A program made the translations under genes and the position numbers. Below the pieces are notes generated by a model that worked only from the letters and a program-made list of their open reading frames with translations, searched no databases and was not told the DNA's origin. This document shows, piece after piece, positions 28,001 to 41,871 of a stretch of DNA of 64,000 nucleotides. The stretch is taken from NCBI GenBank assembly GCA_951406725.2, contig OX597840.1:22444001-22508000 (forward strand), in the 5' to 3' direction. This DNA is from Octopus vulgaris. Taxonomy: Eukaryota. Numbering within the stretch: position 1 is the first letter of the stretch; every line of letters starts with the position of its first letter.

Positions 28001-31000
28001 ACGTTAAATGACATGACGTTAAATCACGTTAAATGACATGATGTTAAATAACGTTATATGAAGTTAAATGACGTTATTGACATGACGTTAAATTACATGA
28101 CGTTAATTGATGATAAATGATAACGAATGACATGATGTCAAATGACGTTAAATGACATGACGTGAAATGACGTTAAATGACATTAAATGACTTGACGTTA
28201 AATGGCGTTAAATGATGTTAAATGACATGACCTTAAATGACGTTAAATGACATGACTTTAAATGAAGTTAAATGATGGTAAATAACATGAAGTTAAATAA
28301 TATTAAACGACGGTAAATCACATGACGTTAAATGACTTTATATAACGTTAAATTACATGACGTTAAATGACGTTAAACGACGTTAAATGAATTGACGTGA
28401 AATGATGTTAAATGACGGTAAATGACATGATTTTAAATGAAGTAAAAAGACATGACGTTAAAAGACGTTAAATTACACGACGTAAAAAGATTTGATATGA
28501 CGTTAAATGATGTGAAATTATATGACGTTAAATGACATGACGTTAAAAGACGTTAAATGACCTGACGTTAAATGACGCTAAATGACGTTAAATGATATGA
28601 TGTTAAATTACGTTAAATGACATGACGTTTAATGAAGTTAAATGATGTTAAATGACATGACGTTAAATGACATTAAATGATATCACGTTTAATGACGTTA
28701 AATGACGTTAAAGGACATGGCGTTAAATGATGTTAAATGACATGACGTTAAATGCCGTTAAATGTTAAAAAACATGAAGTTAAATACTATTAAACGACGT
28801 TAAATTACATGACGTTAAATGACGTTATATAACGTTAAATTACATGACGTTAAATGACGTTAAATGACATGACGTTAAATGACGTTAAATGATGTTAAAA
28901 ACATGAAGTTAAATGCTATTAAACGACGTTAAATCACATGACGTTAAATGACGTTATATAACGTTAAATGACGTTACATGACATGATATGAAATGATGTT
29001 AAATGTCGGTATATGACATGATGTTAAATGAAGTAAAAAGACATGACATTAAAAGACGTTAAATGACATAACGTTAAATGATTTTATATGACGTTAAATG
29101 ACGTTACTTGACATGATGTGAAATGATGTTAAATGTCGGTAAATGACATGATGTTAAATGAAGTAAAAAGACATGACATTAAAAGACGTCAAATGACATA
29201 ACGTTAAATGATTTTATATGACGTTAAATGACGTGACGTAAAATGATGTTAAATTAAATGATGTTAAATGACGTTAAATGACATGGTGTTAAATGACGTT
29301 AAATGACATGACGTGAAATGACGTTAAATGACGTTAAATGACATGACGTTAAATGATGTTAAATTAAATGACGTTAAATGACGTTAAATGACATGGTGTT
29401 AAATGACGTTAAATGATATGACGCTAAATGACATTAAATGAAGTTAAATGACGTTAAATGACATGACGTTCTCTGACATGATGGTAAATGACGTTAAATT
29501 ACACGTGGGAGAAGGACGTTAACTGACATTAAATGACCTTAATTGAACTTAAGTGATGTTAAATGACATGACGTTAAACGACGTTAAATGATATTAAATG
29601 ATATGACGTTAAATGACGTTAAATGACGATAAATGACATGACGTTAAATGACATGACGTGAAATGACGATAAATGACATGACGTTAATTGATGTTAAATG
29701 ACGTTAAATGACATGACGTTAAATAACGTTAAATGGCGTTAAATGACATGACGTTAAATAACGTTAAATGGCGTTAAATAACATGACGCTAAATGACGGT
29801 AAATGACGTTAAATAACATTAAATGATATGCTGTTAAACGAAGTTAAATGACATAAAGTTAAATGAATTTATATGGCGTTAAATATCTTCAAATCACATG
29901 ACATTAGATGATGTTAATGAAACGACGTTAAATGACGTGAAATGACATGACGTTAAATGACGTTAAAAGACAAGATGTTAAATGACGTTAAATGACATGA
30001 CTTAAAATGACGTTAAATGACATGACGTAAAATGACGTTATGAACATGACATGAAATTACGTTAAATGACGTTAGATGATATGACGTTAAATGACGTTAA
30101 GTGATGATAAATGACATGATGTTAAATGATGTTGAATGATATGACGTGCAATTACGTTAAATGACATGACGTTAAATAACGTTAAATGACGTGAAATGAT
30201 GTTAAATGAAATGACGTGAAGTGACATTAAATGACGTTAAATGACAGGACTTTAAATGACGTTAAATGACGTTAAATGATGTTAAATGACATGACGTTAA
30301 ATGACTTTAATTGACGTAAAATGACATAATACCGTTAAATGACGTTAAATGACATGATTTTAAATTACGTTATGTGACAAGAAATGACGTGACGTTAATG
30401 ATGTTAAATGACATGACGTTAATTGATTTTGGATGCCGTTAAATGACGTTAAATGACATGAATTTAAATGACGTTAAATGATATTAAATGACATGACATT
30501 AAATGACATTAAATGACATGACGTTAAATGACGATAAATGCCATGACGTTAAATGACGTTAAATGACATGACGTTAAATGACGTGAAATGATGTTAAATG
30601 ACATGACGTGAAATGACATTAAATGAAGTTAAATGACAGGACTTTAAATGACGTTAAATGATGTTAAATGACATGACGTTAAATGACTTTAATTGACGTA
30701 AAATGGCGTTAAATGCCGTTAAATGACATGCCGTTAAATTACGTTATGTGACAAGAAATGATGTGACGTTAAATGATGTTAAATGACATGACGTTAAATG
30801 ATATTGAATTACGTCAAATGACGTTAAATGACATGAATTTAAATGACGTTAAATGACATTAAATGACATGACATTAAATGACATTAAATGACAAGACGTT
30901 AAATGACGATAAATGTCATGACGTTAAATGACGTTAATTGACATGACGTTAAATTACGTTCTGTGACGTTAAAGGACATGACGTTAAATGATTTCAAAAG

Positions 31001-34000
31001 ATGTAAAAGGACATGTCGTTAAATGACGTTAAATGACGTTAAACGACATGTCGTTAAATGTCGTTAAATAATGTTGAATGACATGATGTTAAATGACGTT
31101 AAATGACGATAAATGACCTTAAATGTCATTTCGTTAAATGACGTTAAATGACATGACGTTAAATAACTTTTAATGACGTTAAATGTCATGAACTTAAATG
31201 ACGTTAAATGACATGACGTTAAATGTTTAATGATATGACGTTAAATGACGTCAAATGATGTTAAATGACCTAACGTTAAATGACCTAACGTTAAATGACG
31301 TTAAATGCCGTTACATGACATGCCGTTAAATGACGTTAAATGACATGACATTAAATTACGTTATGTGACGAGAAATGACGTGACCTTTAATGATGTTAAA
31401 TGACATGACGTTAAATGATATTGAATGACGTTAAATGAGGTTAAATGACATGAATTTAAATGACGTTAAATGACATTATTATGACATGACATTAAATGTC
31501 ATTAAATGACATGACGTTAAATGACGATAAATGTCATGACGTTAAATGACATTAAATGATATGACGTTAAATTACGTTCTGTGACGTTAAATGACATGAC
31601 GTTAAATGATTTTAAAAGATGTTAAATGACATGTCGTTAAATGACGTTAAATGCTGTTAAATGACATGATGTTAAATGACGTTAAATGACGATAAATGAC
31701 CTTAAATGACATCTCGTTAAATGATGTTAAATGACATGTCGTTAAATAACGTTTAATGACGTTAAATGTCATGAACTTAAATGACGTTCAATGGCATGAC
31801 GTTAAATGACGTTAAATGATGTTAAATTACCTGACGTTAAATGACGGTAAATGAAGTTAAATGACATGCCGTTAAATTACGTTAAATGACATGACGTTAA
31901 ATTACGTTATGTGACAAGAAATGACGTGACGTTAAATGAGGTTAAATGACATGACGTTAAATGATATTGAATTACGTTAAATGATGTTAAATGACATGAC
32001 GTTAAATAACTTTAATTGACGTAAAATGACGTTAAATGCCGTTAAATGACATGCCGTTAAATGACATGATGTTAAAGTACGTTATGTGACAAGAAATGAC
32101 GTGACGTTAAATGATGTCAAATGACATGACGTTAAATGATATTGAATGACGTCAAATGACGTTAAATGACATGAATTTAAATGACGTTAACTGACATTAA
32201 ATGACATGACGTTAAATGACATTAAATGACATGACGTTAAATGATGATAAATGTCATGACGTTAAATGACGTTAAATGACATGACGTTAAATTACGTTCT
32301 GTGACGTTAAATGACTTGACGTTAAATGATTTTAAAAGATGTTAAATGACAAGTCGTTAAATGACGTTAAATGACGTTAAATGACATGTCGTTAAATGAC
32401 GTTAAATGAAGTTAAATGATGTTAAAAAAATGAAGTTAAATACTATTAAACGACGTTAAATCACATGACGTTAAATGACGTTATATAACGTTAAATTACA
32501 TGACGTTAAATGACGTTACATGACATGATGTGAAATGATGTTAAATGTCGGTAAATGACATGATGTTAAATGAAGTAAAAAGACACGACATTAAAAGACG
32601 TTAAATGACATAACGTTAAATGATTTTATATGACGTTAAATGACGTTAAATGACGAAGTAAAATGATGTTAAATTAAATGACGTTAAATGACGTTAAATG
32701 ACATGGTGTTAAATGACGTTAAATGATATGACGCTAAATGACATTAAATGACGTTAAATGACGTTAAATGACATGACGTTCTCTGACATGATGGTAAATG
32801 ACGTTAAATTACACGTGGGAGAAGGACGTTAACTGACATTTAATTACCTTAAATGACCTTAAATGATGTTAAATGACATGACGTTAAACGACGTTAAATG
32901 ATATTAAATGATATGACGTTAAATGACGTGAAATGACGATAAATGACATGACGTTAATTGATGTTAAATGACGTTAAATGACATGACGTTAAATAACGTT
33001 AAATGGCGTTAAATAACATGACGCTAAATGACGGTAAATGACGCTAAATAACATTAAATGATATGATGTTAAACGAAGTTAAATGACATGAAGTTAAAAG
33101 ACTTTATATGGCGTTAAATGTCTTCAAATAACATGATGTTAAATGATGTCAATGAAACGACGTTAAATGACGTGAAATGACATGACGTTAAATAACGTTA
33201 AAAGACAAGATGTTAAATGACGTTATGAACATGAAATGAACAGACGTTAAATGACGTTAGATGATATGACGTTAAATGACGTTAAGTGATGATAAATGAC
33301 ATGATGTTAAATGACGTTGAATGACATGACGTGAAATTACGTTAAATGACATGACGTTAAATAACGTTAAATGACGTGAAATGATGTTAAATGACATGAC
33401 GTGATGTGACATTAAATGACGTGAAATGACATGACGTTAAATGACGTTAAAAGACAAGATGTTAAATGACGTTAAATGACATGACGTAAAATGACGTTAA
33501 ATGACATGACGTAAAATGACGCTAAATGACGTTATGAACATGACATGAAATGACGTTATGAACATCACATAAAATGACGTTAAATGACGTTAGATGATAT
33601 GACGTTAAATGACGTTAAGTGATGATAAATGACATGATGTTAAATGCCGTTGAATGACATGACGTGAAATTACGTTAAATGACACGACGTTAAATGACGT
33701 TAAATGACGTGAAATGATGTTAAATGATATGACGTGAAATGACATTAAATGACGTTAAATGACAGGACATTAAATGACGTTAAATGATGTTAAATGACAT
33801 GACGTTAAATGACTTTAATTGACGTAAAATGACGTTAAATGATTTTAAAAGATGTTAAATGACATGTCGTTAAATGACGTTAAATGACATGTCGTAAAAT
33901 GACGTTAAATGATGTTAAATGACATGATGTTAAATGACGTTAAATGACGATAAATGACCTTAAATGACATCTCGTTAAATGACGTTAAATGACATGACGT

Positions 34001-35777
34001 TAAATAACGTTTAATGACGTTAAATGTCATGAAGTTAAATGACGTTAAATGACATGACATTAAATGTCGTTTAATGATATGACGTTAAATGACGTTAAAT
34101 GATGTTAAATGACCTGACGTTAAATGACGTTAAATGATGTTAAATGACATGCCGTTAAATGACGTTAAATGATATGACGTTAAATTACGTTATGTGCCAA
34201 GAAATGACGTGACGTTAAATGATGTTAAATGACATGACGTTAAATGATATTGAATGACGTTAAATGACGTTAAATGACATGAATTTAAATGACGTTAAAT
34301 GACATTATTATGACATGACATTAAATGTCATTAAATGACGATAAATGTCATGACGTTAAATGACGTTAAATGTCATGACGTTAAATTACGTTCTGTGACG
34401 TTAAATGACATGACGTTAAATGATTTTAAAAGATGTTAAATGGCATGTCGTTAAATGACGTTAAATGACATGTCGTTAAATGACGTTAAATGATGTTAAA
34501 TGACATGATGTTAAATGACATGATGTTAAATGACATGATGTTAAATGACGTTAAATGACGATAAATGACCTTAAATGACATCTCGTTAAATGACGTTAAA
34601 TGACATGACGTTAAATAACGTTTAATGACGTTAAATGACGTTCAATGACATGACGTTAAATGTCGTTTAATGATATGACGTTAAATGACGTTAAATTATG
34701 TTAAATTATCTGACGTTAAATGACGTTAAATGCCGTTAAAAATGCCGTTAAATGACGTTAAATGACATGACGTTAAATTATGTTATGTGACAAGAAATGA
34801 CGTGACGTTAAATGATGTTAAATGACATGACGTTTAATGATATTGAATGACGTTAAATGACGTTTAAAGACATGTCGTTAAATGACGTTAAATGACGTTA
34901 AATGACATGTCGTAAAATGACGTTAAATGATGTTAAATGACGTTAAATGACGATATATGACCTTAAATGACATCTCGTTAAATGACGTTAAATGACATGA
35001 CGTTAAATAACGTTTAATGACGTTAAATGTCATGAACTTAAATGACGTTAAATGACATGACGTTAAATGTCGTTTAATGATATGACGTTAAATGACGTTA
35101 AATGATGTTAAATGACCTGACGTTAATTGACGTTAAATGATGTTAAATGACATGACGTTAAATGACGTTAAATCACATGATGTTAAATAACGTTAAATGA
35201 CATGACGTTAAATGAGGTTAAATGACATGACGTTAAATGATATGATGTTAAATGACGTTAAATGACGTAAAATGACATAACGTTAAATGACTTTAAATGA
35301 CATGACTTTAAATGACATTAAATGACATGACGTTAAATGACGTTAAATGACATGACGTGAAATGATGTTAAATGACGTTAAATGACGTAAAATGATGTTA
35401 AATGACATGACGTTAAATCACATGACGCTAAATGACGTTAAATGAGATGACGTTGAATGACGTTAAATTACATGACGTTACATGAAGTTAAATGACATGA
35501 CGTTAAATGACGTTCAATGTCATGACGTTAAATGGTGTTAAATGACGTTAAATGACATGACGTTAAATGACGTTAAATGACATGACGTTAAACGACGTTA
35601 AATGACATGACGTTAAATGACATGACGTTAAATGACATGACGTTAAATGCGTTAAATGACGTTAAATGACATGACGTTAAATGACGTTAAATGACATGAC
35701 GTTAAATGCGTTAAATGACGTTAATTGACATGACGTTAAATGACTTTAAATGATATGACGTTAAATGACATGACGTT
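13035..35777. repeat. 22.7-kb satellite of mixed 10-bp (TTAAATGACG) and 15-bp (TTAAATGACATGACG) monomers in a single orientation
   Basis: Direct inspection; no ORF of 60 aa or more inside the array; no transposon insertion seen. Confidence 0.98.
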
Positions 35778-36746
35778 GGACGAGGGGGTTGTATTTGTTG
35801 TAGGTGGCAGGTGCATACATTCTGCGTTATTGTTGCAGATGATCGATGAGGCTTGTCAGTACTCTCTCCCATGGATTGTTTACAGGCCGACTCATGGCAC
35901 AATCAGGTGCAGGACAGGGTACGTTGGTCATACTGACTCGCTTTTTGTCATAAATAAGTCTGACAACTGTTTGCTTTCACCAATATTTTACGCAGTTTGA
36001 AGCAATGACCAAAGGGTCTTCAGTACACCTGAAACGTGAAGGGAAAGATGAATAATAATAAAATGAATAATATATGGCTAATTGAATGTAATGTAATAAA
36101 TTGTAATATATGTGTGTTTAGTTGTAATCCTGTAATCATCACAGAGGAGTTGCTAGGGTCTGCCTGTTTTATATTCATCTGTTATTACCTGAATGATTAT
36201 GATACCAACAAAAGTCAAGTACAGAAGTTTATACTTGGTTGGGTACTTCTCCTGGGGTGTCTTACTAGAAATATATCATGACTGGTGCTTCTTCCTGATA
36301 AAAACCAAATTGCATCTCATCTATATTAAGTCTTTTCCTAATTAGTTGGGCTATGATCCTCTCCGTGATTTTCATAATCTGAAGAAATTAGTGCCAGTGC
36401 AAGCACTTTATTTTTAAAGCACACATCAAGCATACGTTAACATAATAGCATTGAGAAATATTACAACAGATCGATGTCTACCAATATACATACATATGTG
36501 CAGAGTAGCCATGTACTTTCTCTACAGCAACACACCTCTGCCTGTCTCTCTATCATACTACAGGTTAGGATGAAGCCACCTCTCTCACTACTAGCAATCC
36601 ACTCATCCTTGAAATTTACTTTTTAATTTTACTAGTGTCTGTGTTACCAAAACTTTTCTCAGACATAGAAACCATGTGAAAACAGACATTAGATGTAAGT
36701 GTAGTAATTCATCTCAGATAGTGTGAAATAGTCCAACCTATGACAA
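35775..36746 (-). repeat. Inverted duplicate of 52716-53684 (Gypsy 5' LTR, part of pol, and flanking DNA)
   Basis: ORFs 35740-36000(+) and 36036-36281(+) mirror 53459-53683(-) and 53178-53423(-); nucleotide similarity traced to both ends. Confidence 0.92.
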
Positions 36747-37250
36747 AAATATGAGCAACATCTGAAGTCACTAAAGGTGCAATAAATTGAACTTATTTTG
36801 ATTTAGTAGTTAGTGATCTCAAATGTGGGTATCTTAGCAATGGTCAGTGTCGCACACACACAAGCAAATAGAAACACTCAGTCGCTCACACACTCGCGCA
36901 CACAGAAATAAAAACACTCTCTCTCACACACACACACACACACACAAACACTGAAATGAAAACACACACACAAACACTGAAATGAAAATACCCACACTCA
37001 CATAAATAAAAACAGTCCCACACTCACAAGGAGCCCCAATAGGTATATAAAAAAAGTTTCTAGTATCTTTCCTAGCCCATAATTTATGATAATTGTAGTT
37101 CTAACAATAAATAAATACCTACTAATTCAGTACATCGAACATTACGTCCCCGTAAATTATCGGTTCTGCAAAAGAGAACAATACGTTAAGTACTAGGAAT
37201 ACAAAAATAAGTCCTGGGGTCTATTTGCTCGACTAAATGCGGTACACCAC
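36744..37250 (+). repeat. Third direct copy of the segment at about 44625-45110 and 49403-49890
   Basis: AAAAATATGAGCAACATCT...GGAGCCCCAATAGGTATAT...CAGTACATCGAACATTACGTCCCC shared. Confidence 0.85.
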
Positions 37251-37404
37251 AATTTAATAACAATAATATAATTATATGCAAGGTAAGTAAATCTATATGA
37301 TATTTTGTAGTTATATCACTAACTTACGGTGACGTAAACACATCAGAATCGGTTGTCAAGCAATTTTGAGGACAAAAACGCAGACAGAAACATAGACACA
37401 CACA

Positions 37405-38729
<1,325 letters not shown>

Positions 38730-40724
38730 TCAGTCCCATGAAAAGGAGAGAGCAGATAAAGAAGCTTGGGTAATAGAAAATAGAAAATCAAACCCTAAAG
38801 CTTTCTTTAAGTTTGCCAATGAGACAGCCACAGTGCACCAGAGAATAGGACCTCTCTTCCAAAAAGATGGCTCTCTCACAGGAAATCCCACGAGGATAAG
38901 TGAAATACTGAACGAACAGTTCCAAAGTGTGTTCACTACACCTCTAGGACACAGGCAAGTAAACAACCCAGAAGAATTCTTTGCCACTTTACCAGCGGCC
39001 AAAGAGACAAAAATTGAGTACATCAACATCGAAGAAGATGATATCACACTAGCCATTGATGAGATTGACACAAACTCAGCTGCTGGACCTGATGGATTCC
39101 CAGCGATCCTTCTCAAATCGTGCAAACGAGCCCTTGCAAAACCACTACAGCTTCTTTTTCAGAGCTTTCTTGCAAGTGGTAAGCTCCCAGTCAAACTGAA
39201 AGAGGGGGTAATATGCCCTATCCATAAGGGAGGTAGCAGAGCAGATGCTAAAAATTATAGGCCTATCTCTCTGACCTCACACATCAGCAAAGTCATGGAA
39301 CGAATAGTCCGTAAGAAACTAATCATGTTCCTTGAAGAAAATGACTTACTGTCTGACACCCAGCATGGATTTCGACCAGGTAGAGGCTGCCTAACACAGC
39401 TCCTGCAACACTATGACTGGGTGTTGAAACAGCTACTAAATGGCTCAAATGTGGATGTAATATATCTTGACTTTGCAAAAGCCTTTGATAAAGTCGACCA
39501 TGATATGATCTGTCACAAACTGCGTGGTCTCGGCATAGGCGGGAAACTTGGAGAGTGGCTGCACAACTTCCTAAAAGACAGAAAACAGGCAGTTGTGAGC
39601 AATGGAGCCACCTCCAGGGAAACGCAAATAACAAGCGGTGTCCCACAGGGCACTGTCTTGGGGCCACTGATGTTCATAGTGGCCCTTTCAGACATGCCTT
39701 CAGTTGCTACGATGACCACCCTTGCTAGCTATGCAGATGACACAAAAGTCTCCCACGCAATACAAAACCCTGAAAATATTGCGCATCTGCAACATGAGCT
39801 GGACACAATATACAGGTGGGCTGAGGACAACAACATGCAGTTTAATGCAGGTAAGTTCCAGGCCCTGCGCTACTGGCACACAAAGGTAAATGACGTGCAT
39901 ACTGGATACACTGGCCCAGGAAGAATTGCAATCCCTGAGTCAAAATCAGTGCGTGACCTGGGCATTGACATGAGCAATGATGCATCTTTCCAAATGCATA
40001 TTGCTAATCTGGTGATAAAATGCAGACGGCTAGCTGGATGGATTCTCCGAACTTTCAGAACAAGAGAGAAGGAGACACTGATGGTCCTATGGAAAACATT
40101 TGTCCTCAGCCGCTTGGACTACTGCTCCCAACTTTGGTCACCACACAATATAAAACAAACAGCAGAACTCGAAGCAACTCAGAGAAGCTACACAAAGAAA
40201 ATCGTCTCAATGCGAAATGTCAGCTACTGGGAAAGACTGAAGGTATTAAACCTCTTCTCCCTGGAGCGGAGGCAGGAGAGATATGCAGTGATATACATCT
40301 GGAAAATCCTGGAGGGTCTTGTCCCAAACTTTGGCATTCAAAGTTACTCCAACCGCAGAACGGGGGGCCGCTGCGTGGTGCCAAGGATTCCAACATCACC
40401 ATCAAAATACAGGTCCAGATACTGCAACAGCTTGGGTTTCAGAGGACCACAGCTCTTTAACATCCTCCCTAAATGCCTGAGAGACTTACATGGTGTGGAT
40501 GTGGGTTTCTTTAAAACTAAACTGGATCTCTTCTTGTTGGGAGTCCCAGATGAACCTACCTCACGACAGGAGACACGGATGCGGGCAGCAGCATCGAACT
40601 CCCTTGTTGATCAAGTGCCACGTATCAGAGGTGGATTCACAAACTAGTGTAGCTCATTCAGCGGTGGTGCCCCAGCATGGCCGCGGCCTTCGGGCTAAAA
40701 CATTTTTAAGGATTTAAGGATTTA
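38730..40724 (+). mobile_element. Young 5'-truncated CR1/L2-group LINE: uninterrupted ORF2 RT portion (to 40647), 3' UTR and TTTAAGGA tail repeats
   Basis: [65 protein letters not shown]; about 635 codons without a stop; no endonuclease domain. Confidence 0.95.
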
Positions 40725-40746
40725 TATATATATCTTTATGTGTATA

Positions 40747-40835
<89 letters not shown>

Positions 40836-41154
40836 GTATATATAAATGCTGGACCACCGCCATTATTCGAGCACATCGTGCGCAGCACTTATTCTTTCTA
40901 AGCCTAGTATTTATTCTAACTTATTCTTTTTGGCCGAACCACTAAAATACAGGGAGGAAAACATACCAGCATCGGTTGAAAAATCTACTGTAGCCCAGGG
41001 CCGACAAAAGCCTTGTGATTGGATTTGTTAGACGGATTTGTTAGAAGATTGTCGTATATATATGTAACAGTGGCTGTGGTATGTAACTTGCTTTCAAACA
41101 CACCAGCATCGGTTAAAAAATCTAACCCTAACCCTAACAAATCAGTCAATCGAA

Positions 41155-41385
41155 GATAATGACCAAACTGTCTACTCTTATCCACCAGTTCCAACACGAT
41201 TTAACAAAAAAGGAGACAAATTGCTTGACTAGATTTCACTGCAAAGCCAGTAACATCTGTGGACTTCCCAAAATCTAAAGAAGTTAAGCCATAAACAAAA
41301 CCTGTAACAAGTTAACTTCTATAGTCATAAATATTCCACACCCGAGAGATCTTCGAATGAGGCCAATTATGGCCGATCCAGGTAT
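41155..41385 (+). mobile_element. Penelope-like RT N-terminal fragment; further copies at about 42488-42715, 43692-43920 and 48368-48480 (partial)
   Basis: NI(C/Y).LPKI...DLRMRPIMADP resembles the PLE YGLPKIHK...RPIV motif. Confidence 0.65.
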
Positions 41386-41736
41386 GTAGATACGGGGGGC
41401 ATTGGGTGCTTAACACTTGCAAATCTGACGTCGCTAAAGGTGCAATAAATTGAACTTCTTTTCATTTAGCAGTTAGTGATCTGCAAATGTGGGTATCTTG
41501 GAGATGCTTCAAGTGTTTCTTGTAGCTGTAATTGTCGCACACACACAAACGAATAAAAACACAGTCGCTCACACACACGTACACACACAAATAAAAACAT
41601 TGGTATCTCTGATTTTTACAGAAGCGAGTACTCTTAACATTTCTACAAGAGTTTACTGGCTGTCGGAGGTCCTGTTTATATTGACTGTTGTTTTCACCAA
41701 GTCATTTATTTATTAAAAAAAATATATATATATATA

Positions 41737-41804
41737 AACTATGAGCTATGGTTAGATGTGTGTATTTCCATTTCTGTGTGTGCGACTACGTGCTTTTATA
41801 TACA

Positions 41805-41871
<67 letters not shown>

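Noticed and set aside
13035-35777. CRISPR array, coding repeat or canonical telomere
   Set aside because: No unique spacers or cas genes; stop codons throughout; the unit is not TTAGGG and the array is flanked by other DNA on both sides
35740-36281. Conserved small genes (ORFs matching 53178-53683)
   Set aside because: The similarity comes from a DNA-level inverted duplication; the ORFs are antisense to a Gypsy relic and its LTR
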